A DNA stretch of 64,000 bases, taken from Planctomycetota bacterium. GTDB lineage: Bacteria > Planctomycetota > UBA1135 > GCA-002686595. The notes under the pieces were generated by a model. The model was not told the origin of the DNA and searched no databases. It saw only the letters and a program-made list of their open reading frames with translations. The translations under genes and the position numbers were made by a program. The stretch covers positions 1,272 through 65,271 of the forward strand of contig DASCMO010000144.1 of assembly GCA_036010965.1 (NCBI GenBank), in the 5' to 3' direction. Position 1 is the stretch's first letter. Every line of letters starts with the position of its first letter. Shown here in pieces: positions 1 to 8,330 of the stretch.

Positions 1-377
1 CCCCCAGGGACCGGGAAGAGGATCTGGCCCGCGGACATGGGCGCGCGGAAAACCACGCCGATGCCCGTGAAGCGCCCCCGGGTCTCCCGGTCGACGCGCT
101 GCGCCCCGGCCTGGTCGTAGTAGCGGGAGTACTCATCCAGGTTGCCCAACATGCCTTGCAGAGCGTCTTGCACCAGCAGGTCGGGGTCCACGTCTTCCAC
201 GAAGTGGTCCAGAACGAAGCGCCGCACCTCGCGGTAGTGGGCGATGTCGGGATCCTCGCGAGTGGGCAGCAGGGCCTGGACGAGGGCCAGCAGCACCATA
301 CCCAGGACGACGCCGAAGACGATTCCGCCCGCGCCCCAGGCCCCGTCGCTGCGGTGTCTCCCTCCCCGTCCGTCCAT
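1..377 (-). CDS. S41 C-terminal processing (tail-specific) protease, N-terminal part; 3' end runs off the window
   Basis: Own translation of the minus strand from ATG 377-375 gives MDGRGGRHRSDGAWGAGGIVFGVVLGMVLLALVQ (TM anchor). It continues DALQGMLGNLDEYSRYYDQ...RETRGRFTGIGVVF, typical of the Ctp/Prc N-terminus. The frame is open to position 1, so it is absent from the ORF track. Confidence 0.6.
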   Translation of the reverse strand, partial: MDGRGGRHRSDGAWGAGGIVFGVVLGMVLLALVQALLPTREDPDIAHYREVRRFVLDHFVEDVDPDLLVQDALQGMLGNLDEYSRYYDQAGAQRVDRETRGRFTGIGVVFRAPMSAGQILFPVPG

Positions 378-757
378 GGCGGAGATTGTATCCGGATGGC
401 TGTGCGCTGGATCCGGACCATCCGCCTCTCCGGCCCGTCCCCCTCACAGGCCTCCACTCCCGAGAACGTCGCCGGGAACTCGACATCGCCTTCAGCATGG
501 CGCTGATCGCCGCCCCGCTGCGCTGCTTCGGATGGGGCAGGGATGCTGCGTCGAATACACGGTCAGTGCCTGAACGCTGGAGGTTTCCGGCTGGCACTCA
601 TGCCGCCACTCGTCTCGGCCACGTAGCCGCTGGGCCCGACTCCAGCTCACGCGCTGGATGCAGTCGCATTCACAACTCCTCCAGGCTGCAGCAAGCGCTC
701 CGTCGGCATCTTCGATGCCCTAACAGGGTCGACCGCGAGGCTAGCTCGACAGACCTT

Positions 758-1585
758 CTAGACGCCCAGCTCCGCCAGCGCCCGCGTCGCCTGTTCGTCG
801 TTGGGAGCCACCCCGTGCCAGCCGGCGTCGTTCTCCATGAACGAGACCCCCTTTCCGAGGGTCGTGTGGCAGATGATGGCGCTGGGGCGGTCATCCACCT
901 CGCGGGCTTCACAGAGGGCGCCGTCCACGGCCTCGACGTCGTGGCCGTCGACATCCTGGGCGTGCCATCCGAAGGCCTCGTACTTGACGCGTAGGTCGAG
1001 GACATCCATCACCTCGCGCATCACTCCGTCGATCTGGATGTTGTTGAAGTCCACCAGGACGCACAGGTTCGAGACGGAGTAGTGAGCCGCGCTCGTGGCC
1101 GCCTCCCAGATCTGCCCTTCCTGGCTCTCGCCGTCCGAAGAAGCGACGTAGACACGCGAGTCCCAGCCGTTGAGGCGCGCGGCGAGGGCCATGCCGACGC
1201 CCACCGACAGACCGTTTCCGAGGCTTCCGGTGCTCATGTCGATGCCGAGCTCCAGGTTGCGGTGAGGGTGGCCTTGGAGTGGTGAGCCCAGCTTGCGGAA
1301 GGTCGACAGGAGCTCGCGCGGGAAGAGCCCCTTCTGGGAGAGCAACGAATACAGGCCGGCGCAGGTGTGGCCATTGCCCAGCACCAGGCGGTCGCGGTCG
1401 GGTTCGTGGCGGTTGTCCGTGTCGAGGCGTAGGTGAGCCAGGAATAGGGTCGCCATGAAGTCCGCCATGCCCATCGGACCTCCGGGGTGTCCGCAGCCGG
1501 CGGCGTGGGTCATCTCGACCGAGTCGATCCGTACCTGGCGGGCCACCTGTTCGATCTCACGCTTCAGTTCGGGGGTCAGAGCCAC
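758..1585 (-). CDS. Transketolase, N-terminal (ThDP-binding) subunit of a split enzyme
   Basis: Track ORF 758..2806 trimmed to GTG 1585-1583, with GAGGAAG about 7 nt upstream and 2 nt after the preceding stop. Motifs HAAGCGHPGGPMGMADF, GNGH and SSDGESQEGQIWEA. Confidence 0.9.
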   Translation of the reverse strand: MALTPELKREIEQVARQVRIDSVEMTHAAGCGHPGGPMGMADFMATLFLAHLRLDTDNRHEPDRDRLVLGNGHTCAGLYSLLSQKGLFPRELLSTFRKLGSPLQGHPHRNLELGIDMSTGSLGNGLSVGVGMALAARLNGWDSRVYVASSDGESQEGQIWEAATSAAHYSVSNLCVLVDFNNIQIDGVMREVMDVLDLRVKYEAFGWHAQDVDGHDVEAVDGALCEAREVDDRPSAIICHTTLGKGVSFMENDAGWHGVAPNDEQATRALAELGV

Positions 1586-1587
1586 GA

Positions 1588-2571
1588 TCAGTTCTTCCTC
1601 TCTATCAGGCTGCGTGCGCGCGCCGCCAGGGCGGGTGCATCGAGTCCGAAGCGTACGAGCAGTTCCTCTGCCCGCCCGCTCTCGCCGAATGTGTCTTCCA
1701 CGCCCACCATGTCCATGGGGACGGGAGTGGTGCGCGCCAGGAGATCGGAGACCGCGCTTCCCAGGCCCCCGCGCACCTGATGTTCCTCGGCGGTCAGGAC
1801 CGCGCCGCATTCGCGCGCCGCGCGACAGATCAGTTCGGCGTCGAGCGGCTTCACGGTGGCCATGTTGATGACCCGCGCCTCGATGCCGTCGCCCGCCAGG
1901 ATCTCCGCAGCTCCCAGAGCAGCGCTGACTTCCACTCCGCAGGCGACGATCGCCAGGTCCGAACCAGCGCGCAGCTCCACCCCCACTCCGGGCACAAAAG
2001 TGTGGTCCTCGGGGAGCACGAGGGGGGTCGGGGCCCGTGAGAGGCGGACGTAGACCGGTCCTTCGAGATCGGCCGCCGCGCGCACGGCGCCGCGCGCTTC
2101 GATGGCGTCGGCGGGCACGATCACGGTCATGTTGGGCAGCACGCCCATGATCGTCAGGTCTTCCAGCATCTGGTGAGACTTGCCGTCCTCGCCGACGGTC
2201 AGGCCCGCGTGGGAGGCGCAGATCTTGACGCCGAGGTTGGGGATGCAGATGGACTGACGGATCTGCTCCCAGGCCTTGCCCGCGGCGAACATGGCAAAGG
2301 AACTGGCGAAGACCGTCTTGCCCATGGCGGCCAGACCGGCGGCCGTACCCATCATGTTCGCCTCGGCGACGCCCATGTTGAAGAAGCGCTCGGGGAAGGC
2401 TTTCGAGAAGCCCTTCGTGCGCGTCGACCCGGAGAGGTCTGCGTCGAGCACGACGATGTCGGTGCGCTCCTTGCCCAGTTCCACCAGGGCTTCGCCGTAG
2501 GCGTCCCGGGTAGCGATCTTCTTCGCGCTGTGGGTGTCCACGGTGGTTGTTTTGCTCGTCTCGGCCAGCAT
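1588..2571 (-). CDS. Transketolase, C-terminal (Pyr-binding plus C-terminal domain) subunit
   Basis: Track ORF 1588..2688 trimmed to ATG 2571-2569, with GGGAGG just upstream. Motifs DAYGEALVELG, FFNMGVAEANMMGTAAGLA and PVYVRLSR. Confidence 0.9.
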   Translation of the reverse strand: MLAETSKTTTVDTHSAKKIATRDAYGEALVELGKERTDIVVLDADLSGSTRTKGFSKAFPERFFNMGVAEANMMGTAAGLAAMGKTVFASSFAMFAAGKAWEQIRQSICIPNLGVKICASHAGLTVGEDGKSHQMLEDLTIMGVLPNMTVIVPADAIEARGAVRAAADLEGPVYVRLSRAPTPLVLPEDHTFVPGVGVELRAGSDLAIVACGVEVSAALGAAEILAGDGIEARVINMATVKPLDAELICRAARECGAVLTAEEHQVRGGLGSAVSDLLARTTPVPMDMVGVEDTFGESGRAEELLVRFGLDAPALAARARSLIERKN

Positions 2572-3015
2572 CGGGGACCTCCCTCGAATTGCAATCGGGT
2601 GAAGGATCGGGCGCAGCGAGGTGCCGGGAAGGGTTCGCCGTTCGCGTGTTTGCGCCGCGTTTGTACTCATCACTCCCACCGTCTGCAATCGGCCCCTTTG
2701 CGATTCGGAACCCGGCGAGCTCGGGGGCGGGGCCGGGAGCGAGCGTTGCGTGGACGTTGGCGTGCGCGGAACGCCGACCGTCTCGCCTCCGATAGCCGGG
2801 TCCCAAGGTGTCCCCTGGGGAGGACGGGCCCGGACGGTGGAAGAGGCCGCAACGGCCAGAAACCGACTCTCCTGGGCCCCCTGAGCCCCTCCTTTGCCCC
2901 TACCAGCACTCCCGGGAGATTCTCTCGCTGTGGCACGGTCCTCGCTAGACTCCCGGCGGATCCGGCGCCGCCGGCTTCCCAGACCCTCATCTCGCTTGCA
3001 CGGAAGACTGACCCG

Positions 3016-4188
3016 ATGAACTACCTCCTCACTCCTCTCCTGTCTCTGGGCCTGCTCGCCGCCGATGCCGCGGCCCAGCGCTCTCAGGAAACCTCACCCT
3101 TGCGTCGGGCACGCGGCACCTTCGCCGCTGCGGACAGCAACAAGGACGGCGTCCTGGACGCCCGCGAGGTGAGCCGGGCATCGATCCCTCGCGACGAGTT
3201 CAAGGCGTTCGACCAGGACGGTGACCGGGCCCTCTCCTCGGATGAGTTCCTGCTGTATTACCGCCAGCTGTTGATCGACGCTCGGCGACCGGCAGGCGCG
3301 GAGCTGGATCGCGAGGCGGCTCGCATCCAGGCCCTGCGCAAGGCACACGAGGAGAAGGAGGCCCGGGCGCGGCGCGCGGCCGCCAAGGCCTCCGGTGGTG
3401 GGGATGGGACGGGGCAGGAAAAACCGGCCGAAGGGAGCAGTGCCTCCTCGAACCTGGAAAAGCTGCAACGCGCCAAGCAAGCCCTGAACGAGCGGGCCGT
3501 CGAGGGCGGCATGAGCCGGGAGCAGCTGCAGGCCATCGAGCAGGGTCTCGAAGAGCGTGCCCGGGCGGCCTCCGGCTCGGGATCGACCCCGGTGGACTCG
3601 GTGGCTCCCGCAGTCCCCGCGCCGACCCGTCAGGAACGCCTGCGCGCCGCCGATGAGGCTGCGGAGGCCCGTCGCCGCCACGCCGCCCAACGTGCCAGGG
3701 AAGCGCGTCAGGGCGCGGCGGGTGGAGCCGGCGACGGTATGGAGGGTCTCACGCCCTCGACCCGCGCCAAGGTCCAGCGCGCTCTGGCGGCCCTCGAGGT
3801 TCGGGCGCAAGCCGGGCACATGACCCGGGCGCAGTTCGAGGCCAAGAAGCGGGAGCTGCTGGAGCGGGCGCGCCAGGTGGATGCAGCTGCCGCTGCGGGC
3901 ACGGGCTCGAGTGGCCAGACCGCCGCGCAACGTGCGCAGGCAGAACGCCGCAGGCGAGCGGCTGCGAACGGGGGTGGGCAGACTCCCGCGCAGCGTGCGC
4001 AGGCGGAACGCCGCCGGCGAGCGGCTGGGAGCGACGGTGCGAACGGGGGTGGGCAGACCCCCGGGCAGCGCGCGCAGGCGGAGCGGCGCAGGCAAGCTGC
4101 TTCGGGCAGCGGCAACAAGGGTGGGGGAGACGCCCGCTCCGCGGGCGGCTCGGCGAAGTCCAGCACCAGTGAACGCCGCGGGGGTTGA
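3016..4188 (+). CDS. Secreted EF-hand calcium-binding protein with a charged, repeat-rich C-terminal half
   Basis: Track ORF 2173..4188 trimmed to ATG 3016. Signal peptide MNYLLTPLLSLGLLAADAAAQ. Two EF-hand loops, DSNKDGVLDAREV and DQDGDRALSSDEF. Coiled-coil-like Ala/Arg/Glu-rich remainder. Confidence 0.75.
   Translation: MNYLLTPLLSLGLLAADAAAQRSQETSPLRRARGTFAAADSNKDGVLDAREVSRASIPRDEFKAFDQDGDRALSSDEFLLYYRQLLIDARRPAGAELDREAARIQALRKAHEEKEARARRAAAKASGGGDGTGQEKPAEGSSASSNLEKLQRAKQALNERAVEGGMSREQLQAIEQGLEERARAASGSGSTPVDSVAPAVPAPTRQERLRAADEAAEARRRHAAQRAREARQGAAGGAGDGMEGLTPSTRAKVQRALAALEVRAQAGHMTRAQFEAKKRELLERARQVDAAAAAGTGSSGQTAAQRAQAERRRRAAANGGGQTPAQRAQAERRRRAAGSDGANGGGQTPGQRAQAERRRQAASGSGNKGGGDARSAGGSAKSSTSERRGG
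3913..4101 (+). repeat. In-frame tandem coding repeat, three units of 63/75/51 nt, GQT(A/P)(A/G)QRAQAERRR(R/Q)AA
   Basis: Units start at 3913, 3976 and 4051. They are read directly from the nucleotide and protein sequence of the EF-hand gene. Confidence 0.9.
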
Positions 4189-4458
4189 ACGCTTCAGCGT
4201 GAGCTCACCGCTCTCTGCGAGCGGCCGGCCACCCTTCACGGGCGGGTGAACACTCCGCGCGGGTGAGTGTCAGGAAGACGAGCGAGGATCGCCGGCAGGT
4301 GGTCCTCGCTCCCTTCGTACTCGGCTGACGCCCTCAGGGTGACGCGGTAGCGGGTCCACCTGCACACGCCTTCTGGGCGGGCGCCTCGTCTCGAGGGGTC
4401 GGTGCGGGAAGGGTCGTGAGGGTGTGAGAGGCCTGGGTGTCGGCAGGGTGCACGGCTC

Positions 4459-4491
4459 GGGGCCACCCCGGGTTTTCCCCGGGGTGGCCCC
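4459..4491. terminator. GC-rich hairpin between convergent genes (possible bidirectional terminator)
   Basis: GGGGCCACCCCGGG-tttt(c)-CCCGGGGTGGCCCC forms a 14-bp perfect stem 27 nt past the stop of the minus-strand gene at 4518. There is no clear U tract on either side. Confidence 0.4.
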
Positions 4492-4517
4492 GCTGCGGCC
4501 GGTGTCTATTTCCCCTC

Positions 4518-4865
4518 CTACGAGCCCATGATGGCCTGGACGCGCGTGTCGCCCAGGGCCCAGCTGAACCCGGCGCCCAGCTCTCCGCCGCTCCCGGATA
4601 TCAGCACCCGGTTGGGTTGGGCATCATCGACAGCACAGCCGATGCGCTCGAGCTCCTTCTTCGAGAGGCGGATCTCCCTGCGATGGTTGGAGATCTCGGC
4701 CTGGGCACTCTGAAACCCGGGACTGTCGGCCTGGTCCAGGCTGAAGGTGCCGAGGCGGTTCTCCAGGATCCGGACGGAGTCACTGCGTTCGCGGATCTCG
4801 CGTTGGATCACTCTCAGCAGGGGGATCAGACGGTCCGCGCTTCGGTTGTCATAGGTTTTCTTCAT
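4518..4865 (-). CDS. DUF2203-like small protein
   Basis: Track ORF 4518..5063 trimmed to ATG 4865-4863, with AGGAG about 9 nt upstream. The N-terminal helix LIPLLRVIQREIRERSD and the C-terminal ELERIGCAVDD...GFSWALGD resemble the DUF2203 pattern. Confidence 0.5.
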   Translation of the reverse strand: MKKTYDNRSADRLIPLLRVIQREIRERSDSVRILENRLGTFSLDQADSPGFQSAQAEISNHRREIRLSKKELERIGCAVDDAQPNRVLISGSGGELGAGFSWALGDTRVQAIMGS

Positions 4866-4988
4866 GGGGTGGCTCCTGGGTTCGGAGGTACAGGACTGAG
4901 CCGTGAGCCATGGGTTTCCGAAGGCGGATTGGCGGGATTCGTGGGGGTATGGGCTCCGCAGGGCGCAGGGTGTACTCCTCGTAGATTC

Positions 4989-5018
4989 TTGGCGGCACGC
5001 TCCATAACGGGTTAGATT
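4989..5018 (+). promoter_or_regulatory. Candidate sigma-70-type promoter for the pterin genes
   Basis: TTGGCG (4989-4994), an 18-nt spacer, then TAGATT (5013-5018), about 20 nt upstream of ATG 5038. Pattern match only. Confidence 0.25.
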
Positions 5019-5037
5019 GTCGGGCCCGCCCGGTCCC

Positions 5038-5466
5038 ATGTCCTTCCCCACCGTCGAGATCACCCGCCGGGTCGAGTTCTCCGCAGCTCACCGGCTCCAG
5101 AACCCCGATCTCAGCGAGGCGGAGAATCGGCGCCTCTACGGGCCCTGCTACGACCATCACGGTCACAACTACGCCCTCGAGGTGACCGTGCGCGGCGAGG
5201 TCCCGCCGGAGACCGGGATGGTCATGGACCTCAACCGGCTCGCGATGCTCCTCGACGAGGAGGTCCTGAGCGCCGTGGACCACAAGCACCTGAATCACGA
5301 CGTTCCCTTTCTGGAGGGCCTGATCCCCACTGCCGAGGTGGTGGCTGTGGCGCTCTGGGAACGTCTGCAACCCCGCATCGAGGAGTTCGAAGGATGCCGT
5401 CTGGACAGGATTCGATTGTTCGAGAGCCGCGAGAACTTCGTGGACTATCGGGGACCGGCGACCTGA
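5038..5466 (+). CDS. 6-pyruvoyl-tetrahydropterin synthase / 6-carboxy-tetrahydropterin synthase (PTPS/QueD family)
   Basis: [11 protein letters not shown], the catalytic/zinc motif [11 protein letters not shown], and VMDLNRL...DHKHLN. The start is ATG 5038 or the upstream ATG 5017. Confidence 0.9.
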   Translation: MSFPTVEITRRVEFSAAHRLQNPDLSEAENRRLYGPCYDHHGHNYALEVTVRGEVPPETGMVMDLNRLAMLLDEEVLSAVDHKHLNHDVPFLEGLIPTAEVVAVALWERLQPRIEEFEGCRLDRIRLFESRENFVDYRGPAT

Positions 5467-6014
5467 GCATCTCCGCCCTCGTTCGGAGCCTGCTCGAACA
5501 GCTCGGCGAGGACCCCGATCGCCCGGGGCTCTCGCGCACGCCTTCCCGTGTGGCGGCCTCCTTCGAGGAGCTGACCGCGGGCATGGAGCAGAATGTCCGC
5601 GACGTCGTTGGCGAGGGCGTCTTCGAGGAGGACTGCTCGGAGATGGTGATCGTCAAGGACGTGGAGTTCTACAGCCTCTGCGAGCACCACCTGCTGCCCT
5701 TCTACGGCAAGGTCCACGTGGCCTACATTCCCGACGGGCGGATCATCGGCCTCTCAAAGATCCCGCGCGTCGTCGATGTCTTCGCCCGGCGCCTGCAGGT
5801 CCAGGAACGCCTGACGAGCCAGATCGCCACCGCCATCCAGGAAGTACTCGAGCCCAAGGGCGTCGGTGTGGTCGTCGAGGCCGTGCACCTGTGCATGATG
5901 ATGCGCGGCGTGGCCAAGCAGAACTCCTCCGCCATGACCTCCTGCCTGGCGGGCTCGTTCCGCAGCGACCCGCGCACCCGTAGCGAGTTCCTGGATCTGG
6001 TGCGGAGGTTCTGA
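5394..6014 (+). CDS. folE: GTP cyclohydrolase I
   Basis: [61 protein letters not shown] and [12 protein letters not shown]. The start is uncertain. ATG 5394 overlaps the previous gene by 73 nt, and an alternative CTG at 5463 overlaps its stop as CTGA. Confidence 0.9.
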   Translation: MPSGQDSIVREPRELRGLSGTGDLSISALVRSLLEQLGEDPDRPGLSRTPSRVAASFEELTAGMEQNVRDVVGEGVFEEDCSEMVIVKDVEFYSLCEHHLLPFYGKVHVAYIPDGRIIGLSKIPRVVDVFARRLQVQERLTSQIATAIQEVLEPKGVGVVVEAVHLCMMMRGVAKQNSSAMTSCLAGSFRSDPRTRSEFLDLVRRF

Positions 6015-6054
6015 GGCCTCGCGGGCGGCTGCCAGGGCCTTGGAGAGCGAGGGC

Positions 6055-6759
6055 TCAGACGGGCGGAGGAACGTCCAGATCGGCGATGTCCTCGCCGTCG
6101 GCGGCCTGGTAGGCGTTCCAGATCACCTCGGCCACGTCCTCGGGCTTGTTCATCGTGCTGCGGTCCCAGTCACCGGGAACCCCGTCGAAGATCGTCGTGT
6201 CGGTCGGCCCCGGATAGACCGTCGAGACCCGGATCCCCATCTCCCGCCATTCCTCGCGCAGGGCGTCTCCGAAGCCCCGCAGGCCGTACTTGCTGGCGCA
6301 GTAGGCTGCGGTGTTCGCAAAACCCTGGCGGGCGGCGATCGAGGCGATGTTGAACAGGTGCGGGCGCTCACCGTCCGAGAGGGCGTCGAGGACCTCGCCG
6401 GTCACGTACCAGGCGCCCCGCAGGTTGACCTCGATGTTGCGTTCCCAGGTCTCGTCGTCGAGCTCGGTCAGGGGCACGACGTCGAACACGCCGGCGTTGT
6501 TGATGACCACGTCGAGTACCTCCCCGGTGAACTGGTTGGAGCGCCAGACGGCGGCCTCCACCGATCCCCGGTCGCGCACGTTCATCTGAGCCGCCAGGCC
6601 CTGGCCTCCGGCCGCGGCGATCTCGGCCACCACCGCGTCGAGCTCCGTGGAACTCCGTGCGGCGACGACGACCTGGGCGCCCTCGCGGGCGAAGCGCAGG
6701 GCGATGGCGCGGCCGATGCCGCGGCCGCCGCCGGTGACGAGAACTCGTAGCGGGCTCAT
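6055..6759 (-). CDS. Short-chain dehydrogenase/reductase (classical SDR)
   Basis: Track ORF 6055..7110 trimmed to ATG 6759-6757. Motifs TGGGRGIGRAIA, NNAG and the catalytic YCASK. Convergent with folE. Confidence 0.85.
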   Translation of the reverse strand: MSPLRVLVTGGGRGIGRAIALRFAREGAQVVVAARSSTELDAVVAEIAAAGGQGLAAQMNVRDRGSVEAAVWRSNQFTGEVLDVVINNAGVFDVVPLTELDDETWERNIEVNLRGAWYVTGEVLDALSDGERPHLFNIASIAARQGFANTAAYCASKYGLRGFGDALREEWREMGIRVSTVYPGPTDTTIFDGVPGDWDRSTMNKPEDVAEVIWNAYQAADGEDIADLDVPPPV

Positions 6760-6881
6760 GCTGGGGGGTCGGGGTAGGGGCGTCTCGCAGTCGGCGAGCA
6801 AGGATAGCGTCTCGCCCTGGCGCGTGCCCGCTCCCCCCTCCGCCGATCTGCGCTCTTCGCCGAGGATGCGGTCAGAGTAGA

Positions 6882-7697
6882 ATGCGCGCCATGGACACGG
6901 ACCTGAGCGGGGTCCCGGGCTGGGTTGACCTGGGATCGCAGTTCTGCCTGGAGCTCTCCTTTGGCGTGCTGCTGGCCCTGGCCTTCGTGCCGCGGGCGCC
7001 TGTCGGGCCGCTCTTCTATCGCTTGATGGGCTCGACTGCCGTGTTGCCCGCTCTGCTGGCCGGGGTGGTTCCCGTGACCAGCGGCGCTCGCGCCCTCTCC
7101 GAGCCGGCACTCGTCGCGACCTGGTTGGCGGTCGCGGCCTACCCCTTCTATTCCGGCCCCCTGCGCGGCCGGCGCTGGGGCATTGCCCTGGCCTGGGCGC
7201 TCGTGTGGTCGGCCGCCGCCCTCGTGGCCACCGTGGGCCGCACGGGCGATCTGGTAGGGGTTCAGCTGGCGGTGGCGAGCCTCTCGGCCGCCTCGACAGG
7301 GGCCGTCGCCGGCGGCGTGGGCCTGGCGATGGTCCTGGGCCACTGGTACCTGACCGTACCCAAGCTCGACGTGCGCCACCTCGTGCGTCTGAACCGGGTC
7401 ACCGTGGGCGCCATGATCGCCTGTTTGATCTGCGTGGCCCTGACCTGTCTCGTGTTCCGCGCCGAGCTGGCGTCTGCCCGCACGCCGCTCCTGGGCCCAT
7501 GGGGCCTGTTCTACCTGGGGACGCGCGTCGTCGTCGGCCTGGTCATGCCCCTGCTCTTCGCCTGGATGACCGCCGGATCCCTGCGCTACTCGAACACGCG
7601 CTCGGCCACGGGCATCCTCTACGCCTCGACCGTCCTGGTCCTGATCGGGACCGGGGTGGCGGTGTCCCTCCAGAGCTCCTACGGCGTGCCCCTGTGA
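6882..7697 (+). CDS. Polytopic inner-membrane protein, about 8 TM segments, function unknown
   Basis: 271 aa, almost entirely hydrophobic helices, for example LFYRLMGSTAVLPALLAGVVPV and GGVGLAMVLGHWYLTVPKL. No family recognised. Confidence 0.65.
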   Translation: MRAMDTDLSGVPGWVDLGSQFCLELSFGVLLALAFVPRAPVGPLFYRLMGSTAVLPALLAGVVPVTSGARALSEPALVATWLAVAAYPFYSGPLRGRRWGIALAWALVWSAAALVATVGRTGDLVGVQLAVASLSAASTGAVAGGVGLAMVLGHWYLTVPKLDVRHLVRLNRVTVGAMIACLICVALTCLVFRAELASARTPLLGPWGLFYLGTRVVVGLVMPLLFAWMTAGSLRYSNTRSATGILYASTVLVLIGTGVAVSLQSSYGVPL

Positions 7698-8197
7698 GCC
7701 CTCGTGACCTGCGGCTGCGCCTGGTCTGCCCGTGTGGGCACACCCTCGATTGGGTCGTCCCGTTCGGGGGTGCCGGGCCCGAGCGGATCGCCTGCGAGGC
7801 CTGCGACGAGCAGCGGGTCCTGGAAGCGGGGCGCACCGACGAGGACGGCGGGCTGTGGGCCTGTCAGGTCTGCGGTCATGCCGAGCTCCATTCCCGCAAG
7901 GACTTCCCTGTGGCCCTGGGGATCGGTCTGGTGGGAGCGGCGGCCCTGGCGGCGCCCTTCACCGCCTACCTCAGCCTGGTGGCAGCGACCCTCATCGACT
8001 GGGGCCTCTACCTCTGCATGCCGGAGGTCGTCGTCTGCTACGTGTGCGAGGCACAACATCGCGGCGCTGCCGGGAAGCCGCGTCACCCGCGCTTCGATCG
8101 GGAGATCGCCGAGCGCCTGAAGTACGGCAAGAAGGCGGTCATGGGCCGGCCCATGCGCGAGGGGGGCACGGCGGACGCTCCCGAGCCGGAGCACTGA
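7694..8197 (+). CDS. Zinc-ribbon membrane protein (CPC plus three CxxC pairs, two TM helices)
   Basis: Track ORF 7205..8197 trimmed to GTG 7694, which overlaps the upstream stop as GTGA. Cys pairs CPCGH, CEAC, CQVCGH and CYVC, with the TM pair VALGIGLVGAAALAAPFTAYLSLVAATLIDWGLYL. Confidence 0.6.
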   Translation: MSPRDLRLRLVCPCGHTLDWVVPFGGAGPERIACEACDEQRVLEAGRTDEDGGLWACQVCGHAELHSRKDFPVALGIGLVGAAALAAPFTAYLSLVAATLIDWGLYLCMPEVVVCYVCEAQHRGAAGKPRHPRFDREIAERLKYGKKAVMGRPMREGGTADAPEPEH

Positions 8198-8236
8198 GGG
8201 AGCGGGGCGCGGGCTGTGGCGACTGGGGGCGTGGCC

Positions 8237-8273
8237 AAAAAAACCAGGGCCCCGCGACGCGCGCGGGGCCCTG
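8237..8273. terminator. Bidirectional intrinsic terminator between convergent genes
   Basis: A7 run (8237-8243), then hairpin CAGGGCCCCGCG-acgcg-CGCGGGGCCCTG (8245-8273), then TCTGTGTTCTC. Read on the minus strand it is a stem followed by U7, downstream of the porin gene. Confidence 0.7.
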
Positions 8274-8330
8274 TCTGTGTTCTCGACTCCCCGCCGCGAC
8301 GCGCGCGGCAGGAGAGCTGTTTGAGATCGA

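Noticed and set aside
133-994. Overlapping ORFs 133..597 (-), 156..506 (+), 244..573 (+), 386..994 (+) and 670..1005 (-) at the left edge.
   Set aside because: The true gene here is the S41 protease fragment (1..377, minus, another frame) and the transketolase 3' end. The listed ORFs are Arg/Pro/Gly-rich and overlap those genes. The segment 378-757 is treated as the spacer carrying the protease promoter.
2588-2712. Recurring TGCAATCGG / GCGATTCGG words in the transketolase/EF-hand divergent spacer, as a possible operator.
   Set aside because: The matches are only 8-9 nt and imperfect as an inverted repeat. This is within chance expectation for a 444-nt spacer, so it was not reported as a site.
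758-2806. Track ORFs that fuse a real gene to an upstream read-through extension: 758..2806, 2173..4188, 10778..12187, 20598..23933, 14364..15440, 26185..27711, 37660..38682, 7205..8197 and 60142..61122.
   Set aside because: The N-terminal extensions overlap the neighbouring gene in another frame and have junk composition. Internal starts with ribosome-binding sites, signal peptides or 4-nt start-stop overlaps give proteins of canonical length, so the calls were trimmed.
3913-4101. Tandem direct repeats that could be mistaken for a small CRISPR-like array.
   Set aside because: The units are contiguous without spacers, differ in length (63/75/51 nt) and are in frame within a well-supported coding sequence. 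They encode the peptide repeat GQTPAQRAQAERRRRAA.
4236-4466. 76-aa minus-strand ORF in the convergent spacer after the EF-hand gene. Its C-terminal part (RYRVTLRASAEYEGSEDHLPAILARL) looks protein-like.
   Set aside because: The N-terminal half is Pro/Arg/Ser junk. There is no ribosome-binding site, the only nearby alternative start gives about 43 aa, and no family was recognised. Evidence is insufficient to call a gene.
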